Source: Amphiscolops sp. MND2022
Lineage: Eukaryota
Length of the DNA: 64,000 nt
NCBI GenBank assembly: GCA_964187785.1
Contig: OZ076421.1
Span: 8,990,001 to 9,054,000, forward strand
Direction of reading: 5' to 3'
The stretch's first letter is position 1, and each line of letters opens with the position of its first letter. A program made the position numbers and the translations under genes. Under the pieces are notes generated by a model that saw only the letters and a program-made list of their open reading frames with translations, ran no database searches and was not told where the DNA came from. This document shows, piece after piece, positions 49,400 to 62,204 of the stretch.

Positions 49400-52300
49400 T
49401 GCGATATTTTCGATACCGTGAGACTTTGGGAAAATTTCCTTTTTTGGCTGTCAACTATTCTCTTAGGGTAAAAGTAAGAGAGTTCCTTCTTTGTCTGTTC
49501 GAATGTTGCAATACTGTGGTCTTTAGTCCGGAACCCTCTGTTGGCGCTCATTATCTTGATCGGCTAGGACTCGTCGATATTGGGCCATTTGTTCGTCACC
49601 ACAGTCTTCGATGGTACGCTTATTCAGTCTTTTGCTACTGAATTTGTACTTGTCCGACTTTGCATCATAGCAACAATACGTTTTGCTACAGAGACAACAT
49701 TTCAGTGCAGCGGAACTCCTCTTTGAAAAGACCTGGCTCTCTCTCGCCGTGCTTTTTGTGCTTTTCACAGCACGTTTGTCGAAAAAAGTTACCACTGGAG
49801 TCCGCTACAATATTGTCATTGCAGTCCTTGCTGCGGAGAAACTCCCAGACTTCTTCTTGTCTTCTTGAATACAATCCTACAACGTGTTTTCAGCTAACGC
49901 TAGATAGAGCGAGTCCATTTCTTCATACATATCGTCATTTCACAACTCTTTAAACAAATTGTTGTGAAATTCTCAGCTTCGCATACTGCAAAACGAAAAA
50001 AAAGCCAACAATAATTGTCATTGATGCAATTAAGACGTTTGAACATTTTGTTCTTTTCTAGCTGCAAGTGTTTTTTCATCGTTCAGTTACTTTGTCACTG
50101 TGTGGCGGCTCCTATTCATAATCTGATATCCATAGGATCTGTTGGCAAGCAGCTTAATCGTCTCTGCCACAACAGTTGAGGTTGGGTTTTCATAACCCTC
50201 TCGTCTAGCATTCACAGCTGTCTGTACACACTTGTTGAAGCATTTCATTGCAGTACACTCCACAAAGCGGTTTGTTTTTGTGCAGAACAGCCCCAAATCC
50301 AGATAAAACAAAAACAGCGGAGTTATCAAGTACCATTCGTTAGATGGAAACTTGATACCAACATTCGGCGAGGTTGAGAAAGATGGTTGTTTTTCTCAGC
50401 ATACTCTTTCATTAAAGGTCCATTATCAACCCTGCTAACATCTGTATTTTTGAAAATGGGTGGAAAATTTGCACACTTCTCTTTCAAACATCGCATTGCA
50501 CATAACAATTTTCCATCTTTATTGCGTTGCAGGAAACCTTCCTCTTTCAGCGATACTTTGTAGAGAAAAGATTCTCTGAGATGCTGCTTGACCGGAGGTT
50601 CCGTCTTGTAGAGCCTCCACCATTCACCTTCCCACAAATCTACAATTTTATATCCTTTTTCGCGAAAGTAGTCTCTCCGCATTTCGTCCCTTTCTCGTAG
50701 TTTGCATCAATGCTCGACTTCTTTCTCGCTCAAAGGTGCTGGTGTTTCCTGACACGGACAGTAGTGATAAAAACCCCATTGCTTCAAAGACAGTATTGCA
50801 GTGACTACAAAACCAGTCCGCACTAAAGCAATTGATTTTCTTTTGGATTCCGGTAGTAATGTTGCTCTCAATTTTACATTCGGCACGAAGACGTTGAAAA
50901 TAAGACATGACCGTATTTTCAAAGCTGCGTGTTTTGTTTTGACCAGGCTTGAATCGTTGCGAATCAGTGTCGTTTTCAAATTGGGTGGAGGCATGGATTG
51001 ACACATTGAAAACGCGTAAAGTTGACAAGCGTCAATGTCAACAATGGTCTTGGATTATAGTCTCGTCTACTACAGCTCTGCGTGTAAATACAATAGAGGG
51101 ACCACCAACCATATCTTCTCTAATTTTCTCCAGCAAGTCCTTGTCAGCCTCAGTAAAGGGACAGAATTTGGCACGAGTAGAGTTATGTAGACAAATACTT
51201 GCTACATTTGGTGGAGTATAACCCCACTTTAGCATATCAATTCCTTTATTGTGGTAAAAGCCAATCTTTTTCTGCATGGCTTCAAGTATAGGTACAACAT
51301 CTTTGTTGTTGTACCAGAGCAAGAAATCTTTAAAAATACTCATTTTTTCTCTTTCACATACTTCAACAAGATAGGGCTAATTTTGCTCTCCCGTAGGCGG
51401 TGGACAAGTTATGCGCAATTTTTGCATTGCAAACTCCTGTGACGAACCAGTCTGCACTAGCTTCTAGTAACAATCCAGATACTCATTCTCTAATGGATTA
51501 CAATTGCGCAGTTTGTTGTAAAAGGATTCATGCGGTGGAAGATGATCAAGTGATAGTTTCTCCGCATCGTCGAACCATTCATAGGGGAAGAAACCCTTTG
51601 TTTCCTCTGTCTTGTATGCTTTTAGGAAAGAGTCGAGGTTTGTTGCGCCTCCAAGATTGCTTAAAATGTCCAATAATTGAACATCACCAAACTGGAATGA
51701 CACGTACTGGTTCGACTTCTTGATCACGATTGGTTCAATATCCTTGTCTTCCACGAGTATCGGCCAGAGATACTCCTTGATCAAGTTAATGTCGTATTTC
51801 CCGCTGATGAATCTAAACACTGGCAGTACATCACAATATCTATCAAAATGATCCTGCAATTCAATCAATTGCTTCTTTTGCATGTGTAAGAACTGCGTAG
51901 ATACATCTTTCCCCTCTGACTCTGCTTCACAACACTCATCTTCAAATGTAAATGTAGCTTCTCGCCTCGATCGGCACTCATTCAACACTTCTATTAGATG
52001 TGAGAGTTTAGTCTTTATTGCAGTTTCCACCCCGAGGAAACTCATTCGCATCTGAGCTTTGCTCTGAGCTGCAAAATTTTTCAGTGCACTCACAAAGGTT
52101 GACACTATATCACAAAACTTGGAATTTCAAATGAAAATGGGACCTTGTAGAAAGTTGGAGGAGATTGATACAGATATCGAAACATGTTTTCCAATCCAAG
52201 TTATTGTCTCTGTGTCTTTGAAGCCATCTTCTCTTGTACAAATTGATTCAATATCGAAGATTTCAACATTTTTAAAGAGTTGCTTCTCGTCCGTGTAAAG

Positions 52301-53597
52301 TATATTGGAGGAATCAAACTTGTCAAAAAGTGTTTCTTTCAGCTGAAACACAGTTTTTGGATTCACTTGTTTCACTCTCTCTTGACAAGTGGTTAAATGG
52401 CGTTCAAGATTGCCTGGTCGAAGAAAGTAACAATCACATGTCGGGCAACGGAATGCCTTAAACAGTGCGAGGATGTTTGCCACATAGCAAATAAGACTGT
52501 TATAGCGTAACAACCTAACGGTATTGGAATGCTTCTAAACACTCCTTCTTGCCAGCTCACCGTCAATAGATCCTTCCACAATGTCAACATCGTGAAGAAA
52601 AATTTTGATCCCAGTAATTTCATCCACTGTTGGTATATCGTCCATGCAAACGCCTTGAAATGATGCCGCTTCAAATCCGTCTTTCTTTTGCAAATGAAGA
52701 ATAAAAAGATTGTTCGTCTCTTCCTCTAGCCGTTCATTTCCGTGCAAGTGTAAACACAAGGCTCTGAACAAGCATAAAGTGTGATTATAAGGTTGTCTTG
52801 TGCTTTGTTCAAGTGTGAGGCAGTTGGCGATTCGATTTTTCAGTAGAGCCTCAGGCAGCACAGCATCTTTACAACCCATCGGACACATTTGTCAGTTTAA
52901 GGAATCTCCACTTTGTGTTGATTCGTTCACGGGTACAAGACTCAAGGACATCTTTCCCAGCAAGCCATTTTTATGTGTTCCAAGTCGTCCCCAGTACTAA
53001 GCTATTTGGACTTCTCCAACAGTGTATTATTCTCGTGTGCAATAAAATAACGACAGCTAGCGTCTTCGAAAGTTTTCAAAACAAAGCCAAAAGACAGATT
53101 AATTTTAGCTGCACATTTGAGTTGTTGAAACGCATAATCCAGGTTTGAGGTGATTTTTCAGCACTGAGAGAGTCCAATGCAAAATTGAAAATTCTGTGAC
53201 GACCTTTTTCCAATTGCGAATCAACAAGGAAATGTTGACAGGCCAGTAGCTCTCCCTTGAGATTGTCATCATCGACATCATTAAGAAGGGGAGAAGAATC
53301 ACCGCTTGTATTGAATGTATGTCCATGGATTTTTTTTGTCTTGACGTAAAGAATAACATCCACAAAATTCCTCTTTACACTCGTTACAATTGTGTGCAAT
53401 TTTTGATTTAGGAGCTCCATCTTTTTTGCAACGTGGTACTTCAAGTCATTTTGGGACTTGGTGAAGAAATTGAGGCATTGGGAGTAAAGTAATGTCCCAA
53501 CTGAACTTTTCTTTTTGTGTTTTGCCAGGTTTTGTTTGGATACTAGAGTTCCACAATTGTCACAGGCAATTTTTTTATTTCGATCAAGAGCAGACAT
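49400..53597 (-). pseudogene. polB: Protein-primed family B DNA polymerase with N-terminal zinc fingers
   Basis: CDNCG..NLAKH N-terminus; exonuclease FDIES and GKYDINLI; KGFFPYEW; VGGPSIVF; IDACQLY; KLLANRSYG; QYAKLR; EEMDSLYL (DTDS minus TD); EPGLFKEEF; SKTYC; YFYPKR. Many frameshifts. Confidence 0.92.
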
Positions 53598-54844
53598 TCT
53601 AAGCAGCAAGTTTAACAGGTGTTTCTCTGAAAGCAAGCAAATATAATTGCAACAGAAATTTGTAACTCATTTTAATCAGAGAGCAATCAACTAGATTGCA
53701 GAAATGTGAAATGAATAATGAAATCAAAACGGTTGAAAATTCTGTTTATGTAATTGTTCAAACATATACGCAAGGTATGAGTCACCGAACTATAAAAGGA
53801 ATAGTTAGAATTCCAGAGTTCCCTCTCAAGTTGCTGTCAATCACTTTGTATCTCCCTGAAAGCTAATTGCTCAAGTGGAACACATTTCCCTCGAGGGACG
53901 CCGCCTTGTCTGAAATAATCACTCAAGTGGATCAAATTTCATCAAAAAGACGCCGATACGTCTGGGAAAACCTCTCAAGGGGAGTAATTATCCGAGCTTA
54001 AAAGATAAGTAGCGTAGATAGCTGACAGCTGGTTACCCTTTCATCTTGCATCCCTTTAATTACTTTCCTTCAATGGAAATGAAAAACACCGTTAGCGTAG
54101 TGGTTAAAAGCGAAGTCACGTGCGGTTCATCGCATTGTCAGAATATTGTGGCGACGTAGGCCTTGCTTTTATCCACTACACTAAATTTCACTAATCGTTC
54201 CAAATAAATTTTTTAGAGCAGTTAATGTCTGTTTAACAACAACTTCCATCTCCATCTTTGCTGTATTCAATTTACAAAAAGGCTCCAGAACAAACTTTGG
54301 ACGAAACTGGCATTGACTCGTACTATCACATACTGGGCGTTACCAAGACGGAAAATTGTCTGGTGCGAATCAGCAAGGGGTCCAATAAAATTTATCTGTA
54401 ATCAAAGTCTTTATATTTTGCTACTTGGAAGCTCATCAACGCTTTTCCCCTGACGAGGAAGTTTCCATCACGAAGAAAGAGCTCGTTGCGGTCCTCGACA
54501 GACTGTGTCACTTTTTAAAACAATGTAACCACGCATGAAAAGCATTTCTATATCCCCTACCAAAACCGTTACAAGAAATTGGCTTTACGCTGTGGTAGGA
54601 CGAACTCTTATCACACTATTACTTAGATATAAAAAAACACACTGATAGTCATTTGCGTTTGTCTTCCTGCTTGGATAAAGACACGATATGTTGTTTTACA
54701 AAGAATAAAAATTTCTATTTGGGGAAATCAGTTTGTATTGACAGAAATTGTTAACCTCAGTCAGAACAAACTGTACGAACAGTATAAGGACCGCTACTTT
54801 TTATCGACCAAGAGCGGAAACATTGAAAACAACTACGACGTCTA

Positions 54845-55150
54845 ATGGAGCGCAACGCAATTATAAATACAATCGGGGACGTTTACTGTCCCAAATGTGA
54901 GCAACAAATATGCATATTCGAACATTACTGCAAAGAGGATCCTAGAGAACATTATCATTACAATTGTCCAAAGTGTGACGCTGATTGTCTGGCGCAGGGT
55001 ATTCCTTTCAAGGATCAAACGCAGCAGTTGATCTTGAAAGATGCTGGTACACGTACATTCAGAGTCAAGACGACAAGGGATTACGAGCGAGAACAAACAG
55101 AACGAGTCGAAAACGACAAAGGCATGGAATTCTTACGACAGTTCCTGTGA
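54845..55150 (+). CDS. Small Cys/His-rich (zinc-ribbon-like) protein, 101 aa
   Basis: Intact ORF with CPKC...EHYC...CPKCDADC. Confidence 0.55.
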   Translation: MERNAIINTIGDVYCPKCEQQICIFEHYCKEDPREHYHYNCPKCDADCLAQGIPFKDQTQQLILKDAGTRTFRVKTTRDYEREQTERVENDKGMEFLRQFL

Positions 55151-55811
55151 AAAAAGACAACCAATCAACGCTCAGAAGAACCAGCAGCAAAAAAGATGAA
55201 GTCCAATTAGGGAAATGATCGTGTCAAATTCTTATTGGCTCTTCAATATCACTACAAAGTCATTTCTCAAGCAACTAGAAGACATTTCATTTCAAAACTA
55301 ACCACAATCAAGACGTTACACAACAACAACAAAAATGTTCTTCTCAGTCTCCTCCAACAGCGGACCTCAGTGGACTCTGGACTTTTCACCAGCTCTGTCA
55401 CAATCATAGTGAAGGATATCGTCCAAGGCTTGACAATTTCTTCCTTGGAACTTCCAATCGCAGCCTTCAACTCTTTGACTGACAAAAGACTGGAGGATTG
55501 TTAGAAATCGGACTAGACGAAAAAACTTTACTTTAAAATCCGACTGGACGTAAAAAAAACTGTCTTTCTAATAATACTACCTGTACCGCAAGCGGGAAAA
55601 GTTTTTACGGAGTAAATTGGGTAAAAACCTGTCTTTTAAAAAATAAAAACAGCTTCCAATTCTGTCTTTTCAATTTTTCCATCTCGTGTAAAATCTGACG
55701 CGTTGTTAAATTTTCACTTTGAAACCCGACACGTTGTAAAAATTTTACTCTAAAATCTGACATAACAAAAGATTTTTCTTGCAAAAGTGTGCATTTTAAT
55801 TTCAGTCGAGT

Positions 55812-55991
55812 ATGAGCAAGTGTTCCGACCTTCGTGACATAGTATGGGGTACACTTTGCACTATTGGAGCTTTCTTGCTGCTCTTACTAGCAGTCGTTGC
55901 AATCGCAGCTCTCTTTGGTCTATTTGTTGTCGTGATGAGAATTCCTGTCAATTTCTACAATTCTCATTTTGTTGAAGAAAACAGTGGTTAG
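55812..55991 (+). CDS. 59-aa single-pass membrane peptide (below the ORF-track cutoff)
   Basis: MSKCSDLRDIVWGTLCTIGAFLLLLLAVVAIAALFGLFVVVMRIPVNFYNSHFVEENSG*, read directly from the sequence. Confidence 0.45.
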   Translation: MSKCSDLRDIVWGTLCTIGAFLLLLLAVVAIAALFGLFVVVMRIPVNFYNSHFVEENSG

Positions 55992-56976
55992 TTTACAAAG
56001 ATTTAATTTTGAATGATACTGAATTACCATCATAATTACCGTAACCATCTAAAAAACAATCTACAGTTTTCATCAGTTCTACTTCAAATTTAGTCTTTTT
56101 AACTTGTTCAATCCAGTCTGCAAAAACTGATCCACTCGTCTGAGTTGAAATTGTCTTTTGCAACGAACTCAGTAAATGTCTCTTTTAGTTTTTACGCAAC
56201 TGCTTCTTTTTCCCTATACTCGGCATTCTTTCAACCGTCTTGTGGCGTTGATTGAATCGTACAGCTCGTTCAATATTGTCAAATACTTCTCCATTTTTGG
56301 TAACAATCTTTCCAACAAAGCGATACTTGAATATTGTATAAAGGCAGTCAACCAACTGATATGTAAAACAGAAGGTGTCCAATTTTTGCATCAAGTCCTT
56401 AATATCTTTCTCTGCAATCAGCAAATTGTGATATTTACTATTGGGAAAGGTACACAAGGAATCTTCGTGTTGAGCAACGCAATAGTTTTGCTGACAAGAT
56501 ACTTTTCATATGTGTTTGCTCAAATGTGTACACTTTTTCTAGAGTATACAGAGTAAAAACTTGGAACAACTTGCATCACCACAGCAGCCATGTGAACGTT
56601 GTGTTTTTGTTGAACAAAATGAATCTGAAAAGATGGAATTGTTACCTTGAAAGCAATAGTCACGTGACTTCCATAGAAGCAATTGCAGTCATTACCTGAA
56701 AAGGAAAGTTGACAATATTTTTGAATGACAGCACAAACATTACCTTAAAAGGAAATGTCTTCCTTTTATGGAAAACGAGGCGTAAACATTTCCAAATATG
56801 GAATAGTCACGTCACCAAAGTAGTATGAAAGCAAGTATATTTTCAGTTCCAACCATAATTTCAAATTGAATCGCTAAACAAAAGTTGCCTGTTCCAGAAC
56901 CCAACACCGACTCTGATGATTATTACGATCAACCCTACTTCACCCAACACTCACTATTGTCAAGAAGCAGCCGCGA

Positions 56977-58010
56977 AATGGAATCTGCAATGAATGCAAC
57001 TTTGGACAAATCGCTTTGCACAGACTTTGTGGACTTTGGCAAGCACCAAGACAGATTTCGTGGACCGAAAATGAAAAGAATTTTTTGGATGTGCACTTCA
57101 AAGTCTTTAAAATAGAAATTGATAACTAGTTCAAGCGATATCAATGTGTTTCGCTGGAGCAATACGACTTTAAGCAGTTCTTGCGGTTGCAAAATCAGTT
57201 GATTGTTGCTGCCGACAACTTTACAAAGGAGGAAACTTTGCCTTACATCAATGTTGTAGGTCTATCCAGAGACATTGACGAACAACTAAAGCACGTTCAC
57301 AAGGTGATTGAGATTGCAGAGGGGCCAAGCGCAAAGTGTGCGTTACATTGCTGCGCTACGAAGATGACAATCCCGAAACATCCTACGCGCAGATAAGACT
57401 CGTTACACGCAGAACGGAGGATAAAAATTTTCAACAACTTTGATGTTATTTATTAAATTGATGAATTTATATATTTACTAGATGTAATCAATTCTGTTTG
57501 TGATCAAGTACTTAATAACAAACAATTTTGTAAAATTGTTCGAATGAATTGCAAACTATTTTTGTACAACTTTCATATTTTCAGTCAAGCTAGTAAGAAT
57601 GAGTTGGAACAATGGAGAAAATAGAAACTTGCTTCTTGGATTGAAAACAAAATTGGGAGTTTATCATGTTGTCCTTACAACACCAAAACCAGCTCCCACT
57701 AAAATTACTCTAACAAAAGCCGAATTGCAACAATTACCAGAGCTCGAACAAGGCGAGGACGAACTTTCTTGCTTTAAATAGACAATTTACAATGGAGGAC
57801 GAAAAACTTGCGTAGGATTTCAAACCTATACAGACAAAGTAGACATTTCAGTGTATCTTTATCGCAAAAATACGTACCTCAAGGATACTGAAATTGAATT
57901 AACGCTAGCAGAGTACAAAACGCTACTTGCTAAACGATTGTATCTTTTAAGCTACTTGGATACATTCTACAAGCGATGCATCGTATTTGATGAATCCATA
58001 ATTCATTATT
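56977..58010 (+). pseudogene. Two adjacent Polinton ORFs with PC4-like (ssDNA-binding) patterns
   Basis: RKTCVGFQTYTDKVDISVYLYRKNTYLKDTEIELTLAEYKTLL (~57800-57930) fits the PC4 pattern (strand, VDI, Y, helix-start L..EY..L). The upstream ORF (DFVDFGKHQDRF...LRLQNQLIVAADNF) is a weaker match. Confidence 0.4.
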
Positions 58011-58099
58011 GAGTTGTTCCCTACCCGAAATGGACTGTTTCTAGTCAACGTATTTCGTTTTTACTCAGGGTTGAAGCTCCGCTTTACGAAGAATACTGT

Positions 58100-58430
58100 A
58101 CGTAAAATTTTATTTCTTAGCGCACTTCACTGCTTGGAGGAGAATATTTCACTCCATGAAATGGACCAAGAATTTCCTTTTGGAGGATAAATCGGTTATG
58201 GAGACTCTCATGTGGACAAAATTTTCCGTTTTTCCAAAGTGCTCAGACTACCTGCAATACTTCATGACGCTGCCGGCGCTGTTTATTCGCCCAACGGCAA
58301 AGGACCAGGATACTGTTATATGATTGGTCAAGGTCCAAACTCGTGTTTATTGGTTCATGTGACTGGACTTTTGTATTGTCTCTACTTGAAATTGTTTGAT
58401 CCCTCCATTTTTAATTTAGTAGAATTTTAG
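58100..58430 (+). pseudogene. PLA2-like (His-Asp) small protein
   Basis: FPFGG*IGYGDS...LPAILHDAAG...GPGYCY: a Gly-rich loop followed by a helical HD dyad. Confidence 0.4.
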
Positions 58431-58432
58431 TC

Positions 58433-58843
58433 ATGTCGCTTATATTGTTGGATAATGAACTTGCGGAAAAGAATGTAGTCAAGGAATTGGGCGTTTATAT
58501 TGATGGACAAGTATTTGGATCTTCCTGTAAACCATTCAAAAAGTATCAACCAGCACATCAAACACTCTGGTGTAACCAAAACTTGCACAAAACTGATTGG
58601 AAAAATGGTTCTTTGGACTATAGCTGTATCAACACCATGTTGGCTGAATTGCGACAATACAGAGCCGAGTTTTTTGTAAAAGGAATGGAAAAGTGTAAAT
58701 TTTTGAGCACCTTACTGGGTAAGGAAGTGGAAAACTTGGATGACTTGCTGACCGGAAAGCAAAAGCGTTTGGAGAATGGACTGTGCAACATTTCAAATTT
58801 TAAATTTTTTGTACGTCTTTGTATTATTCATTCAAATCAATAA
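58433..58843 (+). pseudogene. DEDD-type exonuclease-like protein common in Polintons
   Basis: LLDNE...KELG...WCNQNLHKTDWKNG...KGMEKCKFL...VENLDDL. Confidence 0.55.
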
Positions 58844-59164
58844 AAAATTTTTTGTTCAACCTAAATTTTTTCCATAGGAGATTCATTCTTAAAGATACAC
58901 TCTCGCTAGCAAGCTAGAGACTAACCTCAACTTGGAAAAAATTGTTTTTACACGAAAATAACAGTGAACGAAAATCGTGAACGTGCGTGGGACAATCCCG
59001 CACTAGATCATTAATTGTGCTCTTGTACCAATTTTTATTGCGTTTTGTTGATGTTTTTGGTAGCTTTTGCAGAATTCTTTTGGCAACAAGTTGTGAGGAA
59101 TCCACAATGTAGGTTGGAATTTTGTGTAGCGCAGCAGGAATTATTGTTCCAACGCCGAAGCACT

Positions 59165-59794
59165 ATCAACAAGTTGATATCCACTAAAAACCGCGTCTTT
59201 ATGTGAATGGTTGGACCGAGTGAATCTGGTAAATCTCAATTGATTTACGAGTGGATAACTAATAGAACCTTTCAGCCCAAATTTGACAAGATTTACCTTT
59301 TTTACCAATATAATCAATCACTATACGACAAGATGAAAAAAGAAATTGATTGTATCGAGTTTGTCAAGGCAGTGATATTTGAGTTGATTGATTCATTGAA
59401 AAACAACGGAACAAAATATCTCTTCATTTCTGACGATTCTTCTGAGGAAGTGTGCAGTTCCAATGGATTTCTCAAAATTGACAATGCTGGAAGACACCGT
59501 GAACTCAGCACTATATACTTTAAACAACTTGTTTCACAAGAGCACTCTCGGACGCGATATCGTGCTACAAACTACACACATTGTATTGTTCAAGTCGCCT
59601 CGGATGTTATGCAAATAAATAAACTTAGTATTCAACTAGGTCTAGGTTCCTCTCTAGTGGATTGGGACAGAGATGCTACGTCTGTTCCTTCCGGTCGTTT
59701 GCTCAATGATTATCGCCGCGAACAGACGATACATTACGTTACTGCACAAATAGTGGAAAAACTCCTTCAAAGTTTTACGTACCAGAGAGTTTGA
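59165..59794 (+). pseudogene. A32/FtsK-like packaging ATPase
   Basis: Walker A GPSESGKS, Walker B LFISDD, and the A32 signature AGRHRELSTIY. Confidence 0.9.
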
Positions 59795-60518
59795 AGAATT
59801 TGACAACTTTGGACAATGAGCACACAAAATCTCTCTATTCTCTACGCGTTCCAATCATTTTCGCGCAGTTGCAAGAGTATCCAAAAGAGTTTATTCGATT
59901 TCTAAGCGAGTGCATAGTAAACATACTCCAAGGAAACTTGCAAAGCGTAAAAAGGCATCACGTTATTAAGTATAAACGAGAAATGCACTTACTCTCTAGG
60001 AAGCTGACAACTTGGATGCAGAGACGAGATCTCTTGACGTCAGAGAGAGGTTTACAACTGGTTGATAGCATTACTCCGTTTGTCAAAAATCACTTGTCCT
60101 GATCTGGAACAGTTTTTCCTTGTACCTGCTTCACTTCTCAACAAGCTAAACACAACAAAGTCCACGATGTTAAAAGTGGACCTACCCAAATATCAGCCTC
60201 AACAAACTCCTACGTCCCAAGTTGATTCGCCGCTCAAAAAGATATTAACAAAAAACTGTTTGGCAAGGCAGATTCATTGGTTGATAAACTTTTAGCATCC
60301 CACGCATAAAGTTTTCTCTCTCTAACACTATCGTGCTAGACGGTACAGATACCGAAGTTTTGTTGCACGATTTTGCTCAACATTTGCGTAGAAAGAATGC
60401 TGGCGTACCCGACATTTACTTAACTTTATTGAACGTAGCCGACATTTCTCCTAGTATAGTGCTCAACCAGAATGCCAAAGCAAAACAGAGAGGAAACTGG
60501 ATCCCTTTCAAAATCTGA
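59791..60518 (+). pseudogene. Two conserved Polinton hypothetical proteins between the ATPase and integrase
   Basis: FIRFLSECIVNILQGNL...KYK...RRDLL (59791-60102), then EQFFLVPAS...LHDFAQHLRRKN..VPDIY..LL...W.PFKI. The position is typical. Confidence 0.55.
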
Positions 60519-61394
60519 GCGACAAAAACTTCGAAGACTATATATACATGGTCCTGCAGCATATGGCTCTGTGCGAAATCTGGCAAAGGCTAGCAAGCTA
60601 TCCTTTTCCAAGGTTAGACATTTTTTACATTCAAAAGACTCTCATACAAAATTTACACTTGCAACACGCAAGTTTAGACGTATGAGAGCATTTGCTAGAT
60701 ACAAGAATGAAATTTGGTGTATGGACTTGGCATATGTTGTTGATAAACTGGCAAAGGATAACAGAGGAAAAGAGTATCTACTATTTCGCCAGGACGTGTT
60801 TGACAAAACAATACGCGTGAGGGGATTGAAAACAAAGGACTCCTTTGCACAAAAGATTTCAAAGCGGAAAAGCCCACAAAAGGTTTGGGTTGACAAGAAA
60901 AAAGACTTTGCTGCTGACTTTAAAAACTTTTGCAACAGAGAACAATACAGATTTATTCAACAATGAGTGAAGCAAAGGCAGCATTCGCCGAGAGAGCTAT
61001 TCGTTCATCGAAAATTGTATTGTCTCGCTACATTGAAGAATATGGATACAGGTATATTCACAAGTTGCCTCAATTTGTTACCACGCTGTATACGAGAAGG
61101 AATAGATCAATAGATATGAAGCCGAGCAATGTTTAAAACTCTGACTTTATGGCTGTGCTATACAGTAGACCAATCAGAGACCTGAACAAACCAAAGTTCA
61201 AAGTTGGATACCACCTCCGAATTTCCTAGCAAGATTTACCGTTCAGAAAAGGATACAACCCGCAGTTTACAAACGAAATTTTCAAAATTGTTGCACTTGC
61301 CACACACAAACCACCCACATATAACATTCAAGATGAACAAGGCGAAGTTATTAAAGGCGAGTTTTATGAAAAGGAGTTGATTAGGGTCATTTAG
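60500..61394 (+). pseudogene. Retroviral-like (rve) integrase of the Polinton
   Basis: EIWCMDLA, QDVFDK, KVWVDK..DF, KAAFAERAIRS, then a KFKVG..RKGYNPQFTNEIF..GEFYEKEL C-terminal domain; frameshifted. Confidence 0.9.
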
Positions 61395-61396
61395 TT

Positions 61397-62190
61397 ATGG
61401 ATTTCTTTACAACAGAGTTGGTCTCTAAGGCGTCATCCGGAATGTTTCTTGACAAAACACTTCGTTCTTTTACAAACTTTCTGCCAGATCAAGACAATTT
61501 GGATAGCCAATGGGAGGCTGCAATTTCGGAAATTTCCTACCCTTCAACGTACCAGAATGTTACAGATGGGAACGTTTTATTTTAGACGCAATTTACTCCA
61601 AGACGACAACTGCCTATTACTTGGAACCTGGGTTGTTTTCTTCCGTACTCGACATTGTGGAAGCAATGAATTTGCTTACACAAGATAGAAACAATCACAA
61701 TGCAAATTGCATTACTGTAAAAGTATCTCGTCGCACGCAAAAAATGAACTTTCACTCTTTAGTGACGACTCTAGCCTAGTCATTTTCAGTAGAGACTTGG
61801 GAAGTATATTTGGTAGCGATGTTGGAGACGACAAGGGAATTTTGATGCGAGGAAAGGGACCTCCTGAGCCATAATTTGCGTACGATTTTGTTCGTATTTA
61901 TTCCCCAATGATATACACTGATATTGTGGAGTACAACAATGTTGGAGACACAAAAGCACCCTTATTACGTCGCTTCCCTATCATTTCTAAGCTGAAATCC
62001 GGAGACGTAATCACTACAGGACACTACATGATTTACCATACTTTTAGTAACCTTCAATTTCGTCGCCTATTGAAATAGTCCTTTCATAGTATACATATTG
62101 AGAGATACCTCGGGTGAAAAGGTTCAATTGTCTCTGTTGGAGTCACACGTCTTGTGCTAATGTTTAGAAAAGTTTCTGACATTAATTACT
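61397..62190 (+). pseudogene. Minor capsid (penton-like) protein
   Basis: SFTNFLP...WEAAISEISYP and IYTDIVEY..VGDTKAPLLR...F.NLQFR. Confidence 0.85.
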
Positions 62191-62204
62191 AACAAAAACA
62201 CTGT

